The notes: a model not told the origin generated them from the letters alone. DNA of 64,000 bases from Bacillota bacterium (GCA_023406895.1 JAEXTV010000030.1:13921-77920); one strand, 5' to 3'. Positions 1-9,117 are shown, counted from the first letter of the stretch. Numbers and translations: made by a program.

Positions 1-24
1 GTATTTTCTTTTGTCAGATGCCAT
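1..24 (-). CDS. 5' end (8 codons) of a gene running off the left edge of the window
   Basis: ATG at 24..22 on the minus strand with a GAAAGGA Shine-Dalgarno-like run about 7 nt upstream. Only MASDKRKY lies inside the window. Confidence 0.25.
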
Positions 25-96
25 TTTCTATTCCTTTCTGATAGTTGTAACTATTCATTACTGGTTTCTTGAGTTTAGTTTTTGCAGAAACGGAAT

Positions 97-125
97 AAAA
101 AAACCTGTTAATAACTGCACAGGTT
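97..125 (-). terminator. Intrinsic terminator (minus strand)
   Basis: AACCTGT (102-108) pairs with ACAGGTT (119-125) around a 10-nt loop. The A-run at 97-103 gives a U-tract on the minus-strand RNA. Confidence 0.5.
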
Positions 126-206
126 AAGCATTTTCGTCAATCGATGACAATAATTACATCACATCATATGATTGAAAACATCTCATTAAAAAAAGCGAAC
201 AGGCCC

Positions 207-698
207 TTACGAAGCGGGTGTTTCAGTTTCATTCATGAGCTCGGCGATGGACTTCATACCGATGAAAGTGTTTTTGACCCTTTCTGAACGGAATAGATAG
301 ACTGTCCAGAGAATGCGGCTCAAAACGGATAACCAAGAAAAATCAGTTTGGAAACCAGAGATTAAACTCAGATACGAATCAGCAAAACAGCAAAAAATCA
401 AAACGCATGTTTGGACGACAAACAGCAAGCGAAAGAGTTTATTTCTTTTGTATATAAGAAAAAGTATAGCGGCTGAGAGACAAACCTCGTTTTAGATGCA
501 GATGATAAAGAGCACCAGAAAATATGGGTTTATACGTATGTATTCAATCTGAACGACCTCAATGACTGATACAATGCCAATAATGATCATGCCAATCAGC
601 CCGATCATAACCAGTGTAAACCATCCGCCGAGCCCCCAAGGCGGTTGTTTCGGCAGTTTGCCGGGCTTCAGATGCGGTGAGATCTTTATCTCGTTCAT
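207..698 (-). pseudogene. Small multi-TM membrane protein gene interrupted by one in-frame TAA (494..492)
   Basis: ATG at 698 has an AGAGGTG RBS 6 nt upstream. The ORF stops at TAA 494..492. The same frame stays open for 21 codons and runs into ORF 207..428, which has only a TTG start and no RBS. The stop sits inside a hydrophobic stretch (YFLVLFIICI*NEVCLSAAILFLIY). The only terminator follows the second part (97-125). Confidence 0.45.
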
Positions 699-933
699 CG
701 TCTGCACCTCTTAATTAGTTCATTCGACTAAAGACACCTATCTTCATCCTCAACACAGAATTGATAATATCATACAAAATATATTTGATAATGTAAATAT
801 TAGATGGGAATAGTCAATATGGATTGCTGTATATTGCAACTGCGTGATAAAGTCACGGAAAAAACCTAGGGAATTCCGTACCATCAAAGCTGTGAAAAAA
901 GTATCGATTTAGATATTCCAAGGAGTGGTATAA

Positions 934-1125
934 ATGAAATTAGCAGTGGATCAGCGCAGGTGCCCGCAAAACCATCCGTGTCCGTCCGTCAAAGTCTGTC
1001 CGGTTGAGGCCTTATCACAGCAGGGGTTTGATGCACCTGTGGCCGATCAGGATAAATGCATTGCGTGCGGAAAATGTGTACGGTTTTGCCCGATGGGTGC
1101 GCTGTTATTACAAGAAGAGAGGTAA
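934..1125 (+). CDS. Small 4Fe-4S ferredoxin-type protein
   Basis: Classical CIACGKCVRFCP cluster motif plus an N-terminal Cys-rich segment (CPQNHPCPSVKVCP). AAGGAG RBS lies upstream of the ATG at 934. Confidence 0.7.
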   Translation: MKLAVDQRRCPQNHPCPSVKVCPVEALSQQGFDAPVADQDKCIACGKCVRFCPMGALLLQEER

Positions 1126-1129
1126 CCAT

Positions 1130-3580
1130 ATGAAAGTTGTTATTGTCGGTGGTGTGGCCGGGGGCGCAAGCTGCGCGGCGCGCTTAAGGAGGCTCGATGA
1201 GTCGGCCGAGATCATCATGATTGAAAAAGGGCCGTATATTTCATTCGCCAACTGCGGCCTTCCTTATCATGTGGGCGGCGTGATTGACAAACGTGAAAAG
1301 CTGCTGCTCCAAACGCCGCAATCGTTTCATGCGAGGTTCAACGTGGATGTGCGCGTGAACAGCGAAGTAAAGAGCATTCACAGAGAGACCAAAACCGTTT
1401 CGGTGATGCGTGACGGTCATACATATGAAGAGAGCTATGATATCCTGGTGCTGTCGCCGGGGTCTACGCCGGTTGTGCCGAACCTGCCGGGTATCGGCAG
1501 TGAACGGGTCAAGCCGCTTTGGAACATCCCCGATATGGACGCGATCATGGCACTCATGACACGGACGGAAGCCAAAAACGCTGTTGTGGTGGGCGGCGGC
1601 TTCATCGGCATTGAAATGGCCGAAAATCTTAAAGAGGCGGGTCTGTCGGTGACTCTGGTCGAAATGCTGGATCAGGTAATGGCACCAATCGATTTTGAAA
1701 TGGCTCAGATTCTGCATAAGCATCTCGTGGATAACGGCGTATCGCTCGCGCTCGGTGAACGCGTGGAACGATTTGAGGAGTCCGCAAGCGGCGTGACCGT
1801 CATCACGGATAAACGCAGCATTTCGGCAGATATCGTGATTTTGGCCATCGGCGTGAAGCCGAACTCGTTGCTGGCTGCGGAGAGCGGCCTGAAAATGGGT
1901 GCTCGCGGCGGCATTGTGGTGGATGAATATTTAAAAACGTCCGATGAGTCTATTTACGGCGTGGGTGACGCAGTGGAGATTAAAAACTACGTGACGCATG
2001 AACAAACGATGATCCCGCTTGCGGGCCCAGCCAACAAAATGGGCCGTATGGCCGCAGACAACATCTGCGGTATGAACCGAAAATACATAGGAACTCTTGG
2101 GTCTTCTGTGACCAAAGTGTTTGATATGACCGTGGCTTCCACGGGGCTCAATGAAAAGCAGCTGAAAAACGCTGGCAAGAAAGTCGGTGAAGACTTTGGT
2201 GTGACGGTGATTCACCCGCTGTCTCACGCGGGGTATTACCCGGGCGGCATGCCGCTCACGCTCAAGCTCATATTCTCAAAGCCCGAAGGGCGCGTGCTCG
2301 GCGCGCAGGCTGTGGGGTATAAAGGTGTGGAAAAGCGCATCGATGTGGTCGCATCGGCCATGCATTTCAACGCAACCGTATACGATCTTGAGGAGCTTGA
2401 GCTTTGTTACGCCCCGCCGTATTCGTCCGCAAAAGACCCCGTGAACATGGCCGGTTTCACAGCGGATAATATTCTTTCCGGCCTGGTGAAAACCATCACA
2501 TTCGGCGAGCTGAAAACGCTTGGCGGAGAAGCGATTTATCTGGATGTGCGGACACCCGCCGAAGTGTCAATGGGCGCTGTGCCCGGCAGCATCAATATCC
2601 CTGTGGACAGCATGAGGGAAAAGATGCAGACGTTGGACAAAGACAAAACGTACATCATCTACTGCGCGGTGGGCATCCGTGCCTACATCGCGGCGCGCAT
2701 GCTCATGCAAAACGGTTTTAAGGATGTTCGCAGCCTCGCGGGCGGTTACACGACGTACCGCATTGCGAGCAAGGATTATACAATGAGTGCCCATACGCCG
2801 GCGCCCGAGAAACCGGACAAAAGCGTGCCCATGGCTTCGGCTGGCCATACCATCAAGGTGGATGCGTGCGGGCTGCAGTGCCCGGGCCCCGTGATCAAGC
2901 TCTATGAGGCCATGCTGGATGCCAAAGACGGTGATGTGATCAACATCACATCCACCGACCCCGGCTTCTTTGCAGATGCGGCCTCGTGGTGCGCGCGTAC
3001 GCAAAACACATATCTGAAGGGTGAAAAGACAGACGAAGGTTTTTCTGTCTGGATTAAAAAAGGCCTTGAGGAAGGCGATAAATCGGGCGATGTGTTGACG
3101 GTATCCGCAGGTAACGACAAATCAATGGTGGTGTTCAGCGGCGATATGGATAAAGCTCTTGCAAGCTTCATCATCGCCAACGGTGCCGCCGCGATGGGCC
3201 GCCGCGTGACGATGTTCTTCACCTTCTGGGGGCTCAACATACTGCGCCGTCATGAAAGAGTGAAGGTGAAAAAAACGTTCATTGAAAAGATGTTCGGTGC
3301 GATGATGCCGCGCGGTACCGGGAAGCTCAAGCTCTCCAAGATGAACATGATGGGCATGGGTTCTAAAATGATGAAAGGCATCATGAAGAAGAAAAACGTC
3401 GCCACATTGGATCAGTTGATTGCGCAGGCGAAGAAGAGCGGCGTGAAGCTGGTGGCCTGCACGATGTCGATGGATGTGATGGGTATCCACAAGGAAGAGC
3501 TGATTGACGGCGTGGAACTGGCCGGTGTGGCTTCGTACCTCGGCGCCGCGGAGAGCAGCGATACCAACCTGTTCATTTAA
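1130..3580 (+). CDS. CoA-disulfide reductase/NADH oxidase-family flavoprotein fused to rhodanese, TusA/SirA-like and DsrE/DsrF-like domains
   Basis: VIVGGVAGG dinucleotide-binding motif and the SFANCGLPY redox-Cys motif. Rhodanese loop YCAVGIR. TusA-type CPGP motif (ACGLQCPGPVIKL). C-terminal DsrE-like segment. ATG 1130 follows an AGAGAGG RBS. The track start at 1004 is an upstream extension overlapping the ferredoxin gene. Confidence 0.85.
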   Translation: MKVVIVGGVAGGASCAARLRRLDESAEIIMIEKGPYISFANCGLPYHVGGVIDKREKLLLQTPQSFHARFNVDVRVNSEVKSIHRETKTVSVMRDGHTYEESYDILVLSPGSTPVVPNLPGIGSERVKPLWNIPDMDAIMALMTRTEAKNAVVVGGGFIGIEMAENLKEAGLSVTLVEMLDQVMAPIDFEMAQILHKHLVDNGVSLALGERVERFEESASGVTVITDKRSISADIVILAIGVKPNSLLAAESGLKMGARGGIVVDEYLKTSDESIYGVGDAVEIKNYVTHEQTMIPLAGPANKMGRMAADNICGMNRKYIGTLGSSVTKVFDMTVASTGLNEKQLKNAGKKVGEDFGVTVIHPLSHAGYYPGGMPLTLKLIFSKPEGRVLGAQAVGYKGVEKRIDVVASAMHFNATVYDLEELELCYAPPYSSAKDPVNMAGFTADNILSGLVKTITFGELKTLGGEAIYLDVRTPAEVSMGAVPGSINIPVDSMREKMQTLDKDKTYIIYCAVGIRAYIAARMLMQNGFKDVRSLAGGYTTYRIASKDYTMSAHTPAPEKPDKSVPMASAGHTIKVDACGLQCPGPVIKLYEAMLDAKDGDVINITSTDPGFFADAASWCARTQNTYLKGEKTDEGFSVWIKKGLEEGDKSGDVLTVSAGNDKSMVVFSGDMDKALASFIIANGAAAMGRRVTMFFTFWGLNILRRHERVKVKKTFIEKMFGAMMPRGTGKLKLSKMNMMGMGSKMMKGIMKKKNVATLDQLIAQAKKSGVKLVACTMSMDVMGIHKEELIDGVELAGVASYLGAAESSDTNLFI

Positions 3581-3612
3581 AAACTGTGCCAACGGTGAAC
3601 TGAAAAACATAC

Positions 3613-3643
3613 AAAAAAGGCCTGCACCGCTTGGTGCAGGCCT
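3613..3643. terminator. Hairpin terminator between convergent genes
   Basis: AGGCCTGCACC-GCTT-GGTGCAGGCCT is a perfect 11-bp stem. The A-run on its 5' side (plus strand) gives a U-tract for the minus-strand gene. Confidence 0.75.
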
Positions 3644-3658
3644 TCGCGTATCAAGTCA

Positions 3659-4354
3659 TTATAGATCCACAGGGGTTTCGCTGCTCTGATCCGTCGCTGC
3701 CGTTGACGGCTGCGGCTGAACGGGCGCTTGTGCAGGCTGCTGCGGATAGCTTTGAGGCTGCTGCTGGCTGTAGCCCTGGTATGGCTGCTGGGCATAACCC
3801 TGGTATGGCTGCTGGGGATAGCCCTGATACGGCTGCTGGCTGTAGCCCTGGTATGGTTGCTGTCCGTAGCCCTGGTACGGCTGCTGCGGATAGCCCTGAT
3901 ACGGCTGGCCGTAAGATGCCGCATAGGCTTTTGGCCCGCTGAACGCGATAATGGCGGCGATGACGGAAAGAAGCTCCGTTATGATCATAAGAACGGCGAC
4001 CACAATGACTGTGCCGCTATAGCCGTAAGAGTAGTAGCTGATATCCGACAAGGTGGATGTGACATTGATCGTGCCGATGATGAACAGGATAAGCAGCGGC
4101 AGACCTGTGACCATCATCATCACGCCTCCCGCGATGCGGTTGCCGGATACCACACAGCCGCCGACGAGGTTGATGATCGTAAATACGAAGACAAGAGTGA
4201 CAAGCCAAATTGAATCAAAGATATTCGCTCCATACGAAGAAGCCACAGAGGTTGCTGCGACGCCGGCGATGAGGATAATGATTCCCAATATAATGTTTAA
4301 ACTGCCGGCAATGAGACCCATCACAAATGAGGACGTTTTCCCTTTTTTGTTCAT
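3659..4354 (-). CDS. Integral membrane protein (about 4 TM) with a C-terminal QQPYQGY-repeat low-complexity tail
   Basis: Hydrophobic N-terminal 140 aa, then about 7 tandem copies of (Q)QPYQGYx and a Pro/Gln-rich end. GGAGG RBS before ATG 4354. Confidence 0.7.
   Translation of the reverse strand: MNKKGKTSSFVMGLIAGSLNIILGIIILIAGVAATSVASSYGANIFDSIWLVTLVFVFTIINLVGGCVVSGNRIAGGVMMMVTGLPLLILFIIGTINVTSTLSDISYYSYGYSGTVIVVAVLMIITELLSVIAAIIAFSGPKAYAASYGQPYQGYPQQPYQGYGQQPYQGYSQQPYQGYPQQPYQGYAQQPYQGYSQQQPQSYPQQPAQAPVQPQPSTAATDQSSETPVDL
3740..3910 (-). repeat. 24-nt in-frame tandem repeat (about 7 units) encoding QQPYQGYx
   Basis: Plus strand shows reiterated ...GTAGCCCTGGTATGGCTGCTGG... units with period 24. 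All three plus-strand and minus-strand overlapping ORFs here are artefacts of the repeat. Confidence 0.85.
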
Positions 4355-4599
4355 TTGAACCTCCTATATATGATCTTATATTCAAAGCCATCGGCTTTAA
4401 GGCGAAATCACAGAATCAGTTGGGCTTTACGACATATAATTACAAAAATATTCTACTCTATCATATCTTTTCCGTCAAACAGATTTGAGCTCCGTGAGTC
4501 TACAAATTAAACGATATGTAAATAATGGGACAATGGGGGCGAAAGGCTTGGTTTGATCGCCCGTTCTATGTTATAATACATCAAAAGGAGGGGCGTTTG

Positions 4600-5262
4600 A
4601 TGCAGGAGAACAGGATTTCTGACGCAGTTATTCACAGACTGCCCAAGTATTATCGTTATCTGTCCGAACTGGAAACAGCGGGGATCGAGCGCGTGTCGTC
4701 ATCCCGTATGAGCCACGATATGAGCCTCAATGCGTCCCAGATCAGGCGGGACCTCAACTGTTTCGGCGGTTTCGGGCAGCAGGGCTACGGCTATCAGGTG
4801 GGCCGTCTGAAACAGGAGATTATGAAAATTCTCGGGATCGGCCAGCCTTATCGGGCCGTGGTTGTGGGCGCAGGCAATATCGGGCAGGCGCTGCTTAAGT
4901 ACCGTCATTTTGGTGATGAAGGCTATGATATCATTGCCGTGTTTGATGCCGATCCCCAGCTGATCGGCCGCGATGTGGGAGGTAAAACCATACGCCCCTT
5001 GAGCGAGCTTGCCGACTTTGTAAAGGTAAACAGCGTGAATATCGGTATTATCACCGTTCCGAAGCCGTATGCTCAGAAAACGGCGGACACGCTGGTCAGT
5101 CTCGGCGTGAAGGGCATATGGAACTTTGCACCCGTTGATGTGGAAGTCAGGCGCGGTGTCAGCGTTCAAAATGTGCATTTAAGCGACAGCTTGTATATTC
5201 TGTCGTATCATATGAGGGATAAAAGTGAAGAAAATTCATATACGCAGCACGAAGAGATGTGA
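4600..5262 (+). CDS. rex: Redox-sensing transcriptional repressor Rex
   Basis: N-terminal RLPKYYRYL winged-helix motif and a GAGNIGQAL Rossmann motif. AAGGAGG RBS before ATG 4600. The track start at 4525 is an extension. Confidence 0.9.
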   Translation: MQENRISDAVIHRLPKYYRYLSELETAGIERVSSSRMSHDMSLNASQIRRDLNCFGGFGQQGYGYQVGRLKQEIMKILGIGQPYRAVVVGAGNIGQALLKYRHFGDEGYDIIAVFDADPQLIGRDVGGKTIRPLSELADFVKVNSVNIGIITVPKPYAQKTADTLVSLGVKGIWNFAPVDVEVRRGVSVQNVHLSDSLYILSYHMRDKSEENSYTQHEEM

Positions 5263-5626
5263 ACTGATTGATATCACGCCCGATGTACGTGTAGCGGTAA
5301 AGGAGTGCGGGATACAAAGCGGGCTTGTCTGCGTGTTTGTACCCCATACCACGGCAGGTGTGTCAATCAACGAGAATGCCGACCCGGATGTGAAACGCGA
5401 CGTACTGTCCGCGCTGGAGCGCGCTGTGCCAAACAGCGGTTTTTATCATGGGGAAGGCAACTCCGATGCCCATACCAAAGCCCTCATGACGGGCTTTTCT
5501 TTGTGTGTCATTGTGGAAGAAGCGCAGCTGATGCTTGGGACATGGCAGAGTGTTTACTTCTGCGAATACGACGGGCCGCGGCAGCGCAAAGCATATATTA
5601 AGATAATAAAAAGCCCGGATGAATAG
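5225..5626 (+). CDS. YjbQ/UPF0047 family protein (secondary thiamine-phosphate synthase-like)
   Basis: Family-typical ELIDITPDV ... VPHTTAGVSINENADPDV ... HTKA ... LGTWQ motifs. GTG start 5225 with a GAGGGA RBS. Overlaps the rex 3' end by 38 nt. Confidence 0.8.
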   Translation: MKKIHIRSTKRCELIDITPDVRVAVKECGIQSGLVCVFVPHTTAGVSINENADPDVKRDVLSALERAVPNSGFYHGEGNSDAHTKALMTGFSLCVIVEEAQLMLGTWQSVYFCEYDGPRQRKAYIKIIKSPDE

Positions 5627-5737
5627 ACCATGACAATGATGTAAAATCAATGACAATATATGCTTTTGTATTTACATTGCCATGTATATGTTGTATCTTA
5701 AGCAGAGTTATTGCATAGCAGAAAGGGGAGACAAGCA

Positions 5738-7243
5738 TTGCAAAAACGAAGAAGACAAAACGACACATATAAAATGCTGTTGATGGCATTTGGTATATTG
5801 ATTGTGGCGCTGGTTGTGGTGCTGATATTGCTGTTGGCCGGAGTGGATACAACAGCGGAGCAGCGCGAAGCGAATTTGGTGAAAAACGGCCATTTCTTAA
5901 AGGGTGTGACCGTTGAAGGTGTGGATCTATCCGGCCAGACCATGGAGCAGGCACTGGCAAACGAGACGTTACAGTCAAAGGCGCAGCAGTTGGAAGCCGG
6001 GTTTATCTACACGTTCACAGCCGGTTCCAATCAGTATCAATACAGTGCCGCGGAGCTGGGCATCACATCCAGCCTGCTGCAGACGCTTGAGGATGCAATG
6101 AAGTACGGCCAGCTTGCCGACGACGGTGAGACACTCCGGGAGCAGCAGAAGCAGGCAAAGCAAAGCGGATATGATTTTAAGCTGGGCATGCATGCCGATG
6201 AGGCGGTTGTGCTCGAAAAGCTGACGGCCTTAAAGCCCTCTATTGATACGCTGCCGCAGGATGCCGCGCTCAACATTCGCGATGATGTGCAGGGCGAGGG
6301 ACGCTTTGAGTATATTGCGGCTGTCACGGGTGTGGATATCAACACCGCGGCATTTGCGAAGCTGCTTTGCGAGAAGATCAACAGCGGCGATTACGCTGTT
6401 ATTGAAGCACCCGCAATTATCACAAATCCGAAAATAGACCTCGAGACGCTTAAAGCCAATACAAAGCTCATCAGCTCGTTCACTTCCGAATTTAAAGGAA
6501 GCAGCCTTGACGACGCTGACCGTGTGACCAACATCCGCATCATGGCGGGGATTGTGAACGGAACGGTGATTGAGCCGGGCGAGACGTGGTCTATTAACGA
6601 CGCAGCGGGCCCAAGAGATGACAATACGGCCAAGACGGTCGGCTGGGCGTACGCGCCGGGCATCGCGGACGGTAATTATCGTATGGAAGTGGGCGGCGGC
6701 GTCTGCCAGGTATCAAGTACGCTTTATAATGCGGCTATCCGCGCGGAACTGACCATTGTGGCCAGAAAGCCGCACAGCTGGCCGTCGGGCTACATTCCGA
6801 AAGGAATGGATGCGACGATCAGCACCGGCGGGCCGGATTTGAAGTTTTCAAATCCATACAGCATGCCGATTTATCTTGAAACGGTGCTTGATGAAGAAAA
6901 CAAAGAGCTGACGGTGAACATCTACGGGCCGCCTCTGACGCTTGGGTATACAATTGATTTTGAAAATGTGCTTGTGGCCACTGAGCTTGCCCCCGAAACA
7001 ATTTACCATTGGAACGCGACGGCCACGCCGGACGGCGAACCGATTCCCGAGGGCAAGGAGATTGCCGTGAGATTGAAACACGACGGACAGACCTGGGATG
7101 TGTATAAGCTTTATAAGGATTCCGATGGTAATGTCGTCAAGCGTGAGCAGTTTTCCCATAACGTTTATAAGGTGGTTCAGGGAGAAATTTACGCCAACAA
7201 GCCCGACCCCGAAGCCCCGCCGGCGGAGTCCCCGGCTCAATAA
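5738..7243 (+). CDS. VanW family protein (membrane-anchored; YoaR-like), paralogue 1
   Basis: N-terminal basic segment plus TM. VanW core is GTVIEPGETWSINDAAGPR ... GGGVCQVSSTLYNAA ... GMDATISTGGPDLKF. Pro-rich tail. Best start is TTG 5738 (AGGGGAG RBS 7 nt upstream); TTG 5711 and ATG 5774 are alternatives. Confidence 0.8.
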   Translation: MQKRRRQNDTYKMLLMAFGILIVALVVVLILLLAGVDTTAEQREANLVKNGHFLKGVTVEGVDLSGQTMEQALANETLQSKAQQLEAGFIYTFTAGSNQYQYSAAELGITSSLLQTLEDAMKYGQLADDGETLREQQKQAKQSGYDFKLGMHADEAVVLEKLTALKPSIDTLPQDAALNIRDDVQGEGRFEYIAAVTGVDINTAAFAKLLCEKINSGDYAVIEAPAIITNPKIDLETLKANTKLISSFTSEFKGSSLDDADRVTNIRIMAGIVNGTVIEPGETWSINDAAGPRDDNTAKTVGWAYAPGIADGNYRMEVGGGVCQVSSTLYNAAIRAELTIVARKPHSWPSGYIPKGMDATISTGGPDLKFSNPYSMPIYLETVLDEENKELTVNIYGPPLTLGYTIDFENVLVATELAPETIYHWNATATPDGEPIPEGKEIAVRLKHDGQTWDVYKLYKDSDGNVVKREQFSHNVYKVVQGEIYANKPDPEAPPAESPAQ

Positions 7244-7349
7244 CCGGTTGGCATTGACTTCATAATGATTATGGATTCGGTTTACAAACGGGCATGTTTA
7301 TAATATGATGGGAATGTAGTTTGACAGAGTTTAACTGGAGGAAAAAAGA

Positions 7350-9059
7350 ATGGCCGAAGAGGCAAAGATCACTGTGGTTAAGAAAGGCTCAAAAAAGTCT
7401 GACAATAAACTGAAGATTATTCTAATCGTTGCTGCCGGTGTTCTCGTGGTGGGGCTGGGCACTGCTGCCGTGTTGCTGCTTGGGAATACAAGCACTGCCA
7501 GCGTTCAACGCATAATAGAGTTTAACACAGTGGTGCAGGGTGTGTCGGTTCATGGCATTGATATATCGGGCATGACGGAGCAGCAGGCGCGTGAAGCCAC
7601 AAAAAACGTGGAAGGCGAGATTATGGGCGGCACGCAGCTTCAGTTTGACATCGGCGGTGAGATGACAACGCTTGAAGCGCCGGCAGTCGGGCTGACGACC
7701 GATTATGAGGATGTGATTGCTGAGGCGGTGGGTTTTGGCCGCACCGGTGATTTTTCTCAGCGCACGGCGGATATTGAAACCGCCAAAAACGGCAAAGATT
7801 TCGAAGTGAGCGTCAATGCGGACGAAGTGAGCGTAAAATCGGCTCTTTCGGCGCTGGATGCCACCTTTAACGTCGCGCCGCAGGATGCGTCCTTTGTGTT
7901 CATGAAGGATGGTTACTTCGCGGACGGAACCGCGTACGACCCTGCCACATATGATGCGGCAACCAAAGGTGAACCGCAGCTTGTGATGCTGGCCGAAGAG
8001 GACAAGCCCAATAAGTATCGGTATGAATACTGGAACAATAAAAAATACGTTCCGGATTATATCCCCAAAAACGCATATATTTCGCGCTTTCTGTATACAC
8101 CCGAGAAGCGCGGTCTAAAAACCGATCTGGATGAACTCGCGGCGCTGATTCTTCAAACGGTACAGAACGGTGATTTAAAGGCTGTGATTACGGTGCCCAC
8201 GACCGTGACGGAACCGACCGTGACGCTGGATCAGGTGAAAGCGCAGACGCAGCTGATTGCGTCGTGGTCATCAAGCTATTCGAATCATAATAACGGCAAC
8301 CGTATTAAAAACGTAGAAAAGATGCTCGGCATCGTCAACGGCACGGTTCTGGAACCGAATGTGGTGTGGTCGATCAACGACACTGCCGGGCCGCGGTCCG
8401 TCTCAAGAGGCTGGTATGAAGCGGCGGGTATAAAGGGCGGCGCATATGTGCCCGATCCGGGCGGCGGTGTCTGCCAGGTATCAAGCACACTGTATAATGC
8501 GTGTATACGTGCCGGCGTTGGTATTGAGGACGCCACGCATCACTCGATCATTTCGGATTATATTCCGATCGGGCTTGATGCGACGATCAGCACGGGCAGC
8601 CCCGATTTAAAGCTCAAAAACGTGAATGCGACACCGATGTATATCGTGACGTATATGAATAAAGACGAGCAGAATGTGACGGTGGAAGTATACGGCACAC
8701 CTGTTGTGGATCCGACTTATGGTGATGTCATACTGACGTATGAATCAAAGAGAGGCGGAACCGGCGCAACACCGCCGACGGAGTATTTTTATAATTCCGC
8801 CACCACCCCCGACGGTACGGCGATTGCTCCCGGAGCCTCTGTGCAGTACAGAGATGCACGCGGTGCCACATCGGCCACGGCCTACAAAATTATTAAAGAC
8901 CTGCAGGGCAAAGAGCTCAGCAGAACCGAGTTTGAAAAGCACACATACAGATCGTACACAGGTCAGGTTTTTGTGAACGGGCCGGATCCCGCCGCACCTT
9001 TAGCGCCCGATCCGAATGCGCCGCCTGTTCCTGACCCGGCAGCGCCTCCTGCGGTGTGA
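7350..9059 (+). CDS. VanW family protein (membrane-anchored), paralogue 2
   Basis: Same architecture as the upstream gene: TM, GTVLEPNVVWSINDTAGPR, GGGVCQVSSTLYNAC, GLDATISTGSPDLKL, and a PDP/AP-rich C-terminus. GGAGGA RBS. Confidence 0.85.
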   Translation: MAEEAKITVVKKGSKKSDNKLKIILIVAAGVLVVGLGTAAVLLLGNTSTASVQRIIEFNTVVQGVSVHGIDISGMTEQQAREATKNVEGEIMGGTQLQFDIGGEMTTLEAPAVGLTTDYEDVIAEAVGFGRTGDFSQRTADIETAKNGKDFEVSVNADEVSVKSALSALDATFNVAPQDASFVFMKDGYFADGTAYDPATYDAATKGEPQLVMLAEEDKPNKYRYEYWNNKKYVPDYIPKNAYISRFLYTPEKRGLKTDLDELAALILQTVQNGDLKAVITVPTTVTEPTVTLDQVKAQTQLIASWSSSYSNHNNGNRIKNVEKMLGIVNGTVLEPNVVWSINDTAGPRSVSRGWYEAAGIKGGAYVPDPGGGVCQVSSTLYNACIRAGVGIEDATHHSIISDYIPIGLDATISTGSPDLKLKNVNATPMYIVTYMNKDEQNVTVEVYGTPVVDPTYGDVILTYESKRGGTGATPPTEYFYNSATTPDGTAIAPGASVQYRDARGATSATAYKIIKDLQGKELSRTEFEKHTYRSYTGQVFVNGPDPAAPLAPDPNAPPVPDPAAPPAV

Positions 9060-9117
9060 AAATATGCCGGTAACGTTTAAAAACCGCTTAATATAGGCGA
9101 ATTTAAGCGCAGCAGTG

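Noticed and set aside
492-494. Idea that the two in-frame TAA-split genes (207-698 and 53127-54416) indicate TAA stop-codon reassignment
   Set aside because: TAA terminates well-conserved genes at their expected ends in this window (for example the ferredoxin, the CoADR fusion and the XRE regulator). Nonsense mutation or pseudogenisation is the parsimonious reading.
313-495. 60-aa Lys-rich ORF on the plus strand
   Set aside because: No RBS and low-complexity composition. It lies antisense to the split membrane-protein frame, which has better support.
843-857. Palindrome CGTGA-TAAAG-TCACG upstream of the ferredoxin/CoADR operon as a Rex or CRP/FNR operator
   Set aside because: The half-sites resemble GTGA/TCAC, but the 5-nt spacer fits neither the Rex consensus (TTGTGAA-N4-TTCACAA) nor the CRP/FNR spacing (N6). 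The flanking bases also do not match. This needs a PWM scan.
1004-1129. 5' extension of the long ORF 1004..3580 (RPYHSRGLMHLW...)
   Set aside because: It overlaps the ferredoxin gene in another frame and has no RBS. The flavoprotein family N-terminus (MKVVIVGGVAGG) starts at ATG 1130, which has an RBS.
3577-3942. ORFs 3577..3924 (-), 3631..3942 (+) and 3728..4213 (+) with repetitive Ser/Arg/Ala or Leu/Ala-rich translations
   Set aside because: They are alternative-frame readings of the 24-nt tandem repeat inside the membrane-protein gene 3659..4354.
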